Shown piece after piece: positions 63,949 through 64,000 of a stretch of 64,000 bases of DNA (positions are counted from its first letter, which is position 1; the number at the start of each line of letters is the position of its first letter). This DNA is from Felis catus. Lineage: Eukaryota. The stretch spans positions 69,566,001 to 69,630,000 of the forward strand of contig NC_058368.1 in NCBI RefSeq assembly GCF_018350175.1, written 5' to 3'. Under the pieces are notes generated by a model. It was not told the origin of the DNA, made no database searches, and saw only the letters and a list, made by a program, of their open reading frames with translations. The position numbers and the translations under genes were made by a program.

Positions 63949-64000
63949 GGGGGGTGGCTCAGTCGGTTAAGTGTCCGACTCTGGATTTCGGCTCAGGTCA
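63949..64000 (+). mobile_element. CanSINE head, cut by window end
   Basis: GGGTGGCTCAGTCGGTTAAGTGTCCGACT...GGCTCAGGTCA. Confidence 0.9.

Noticed and set aside
2144..64000. Many tRNA-like A/B-box heads
   Set aside because: All continue into SINE bodies or A-tails; none is a standalone tRNA gene

Overview
Mammalian, almost certainly felid, genomic DNA: it carries about 50 tRNA-derived carnivore SINEs (CanSINEs), several of the young Felidae SINEC_Fc type with intact target-site duplications (TSDs). I found no credible protein-coding exon, tRNA/rRNA gene, CRISPR array or intact autonomous element; the supplied ORFs are explained by SINE, simple-repeat and old LINE/DNA-transposon sequence or by chance. 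The first ~70 bp look like the edge of a GC-rich promoter/CpG island. With the SINE orientation bias (hand count about 35 minus versus 15 plus), the window reads like a long intron of a probably + strand gene that I cannot name. Older repeats include MER82, Tigger2a-like and Tigger13a (Tc1/mariner), MER3/MER33/MER5/MER20/MER58B/MER103C (hAT), L1 3' ends, L2, MIR and two LTR relics. Family names come from recalled consensus sequences, not a database search. I see no evidence for a new biological system. The most interesting observations concern retrotransposition history (triple nesting, re-use of one target site, a zero-spacer inverted SINE pair, a solo poly(A) insertion), plus a few candidate cis-regulatory and non-B-DNA elements.
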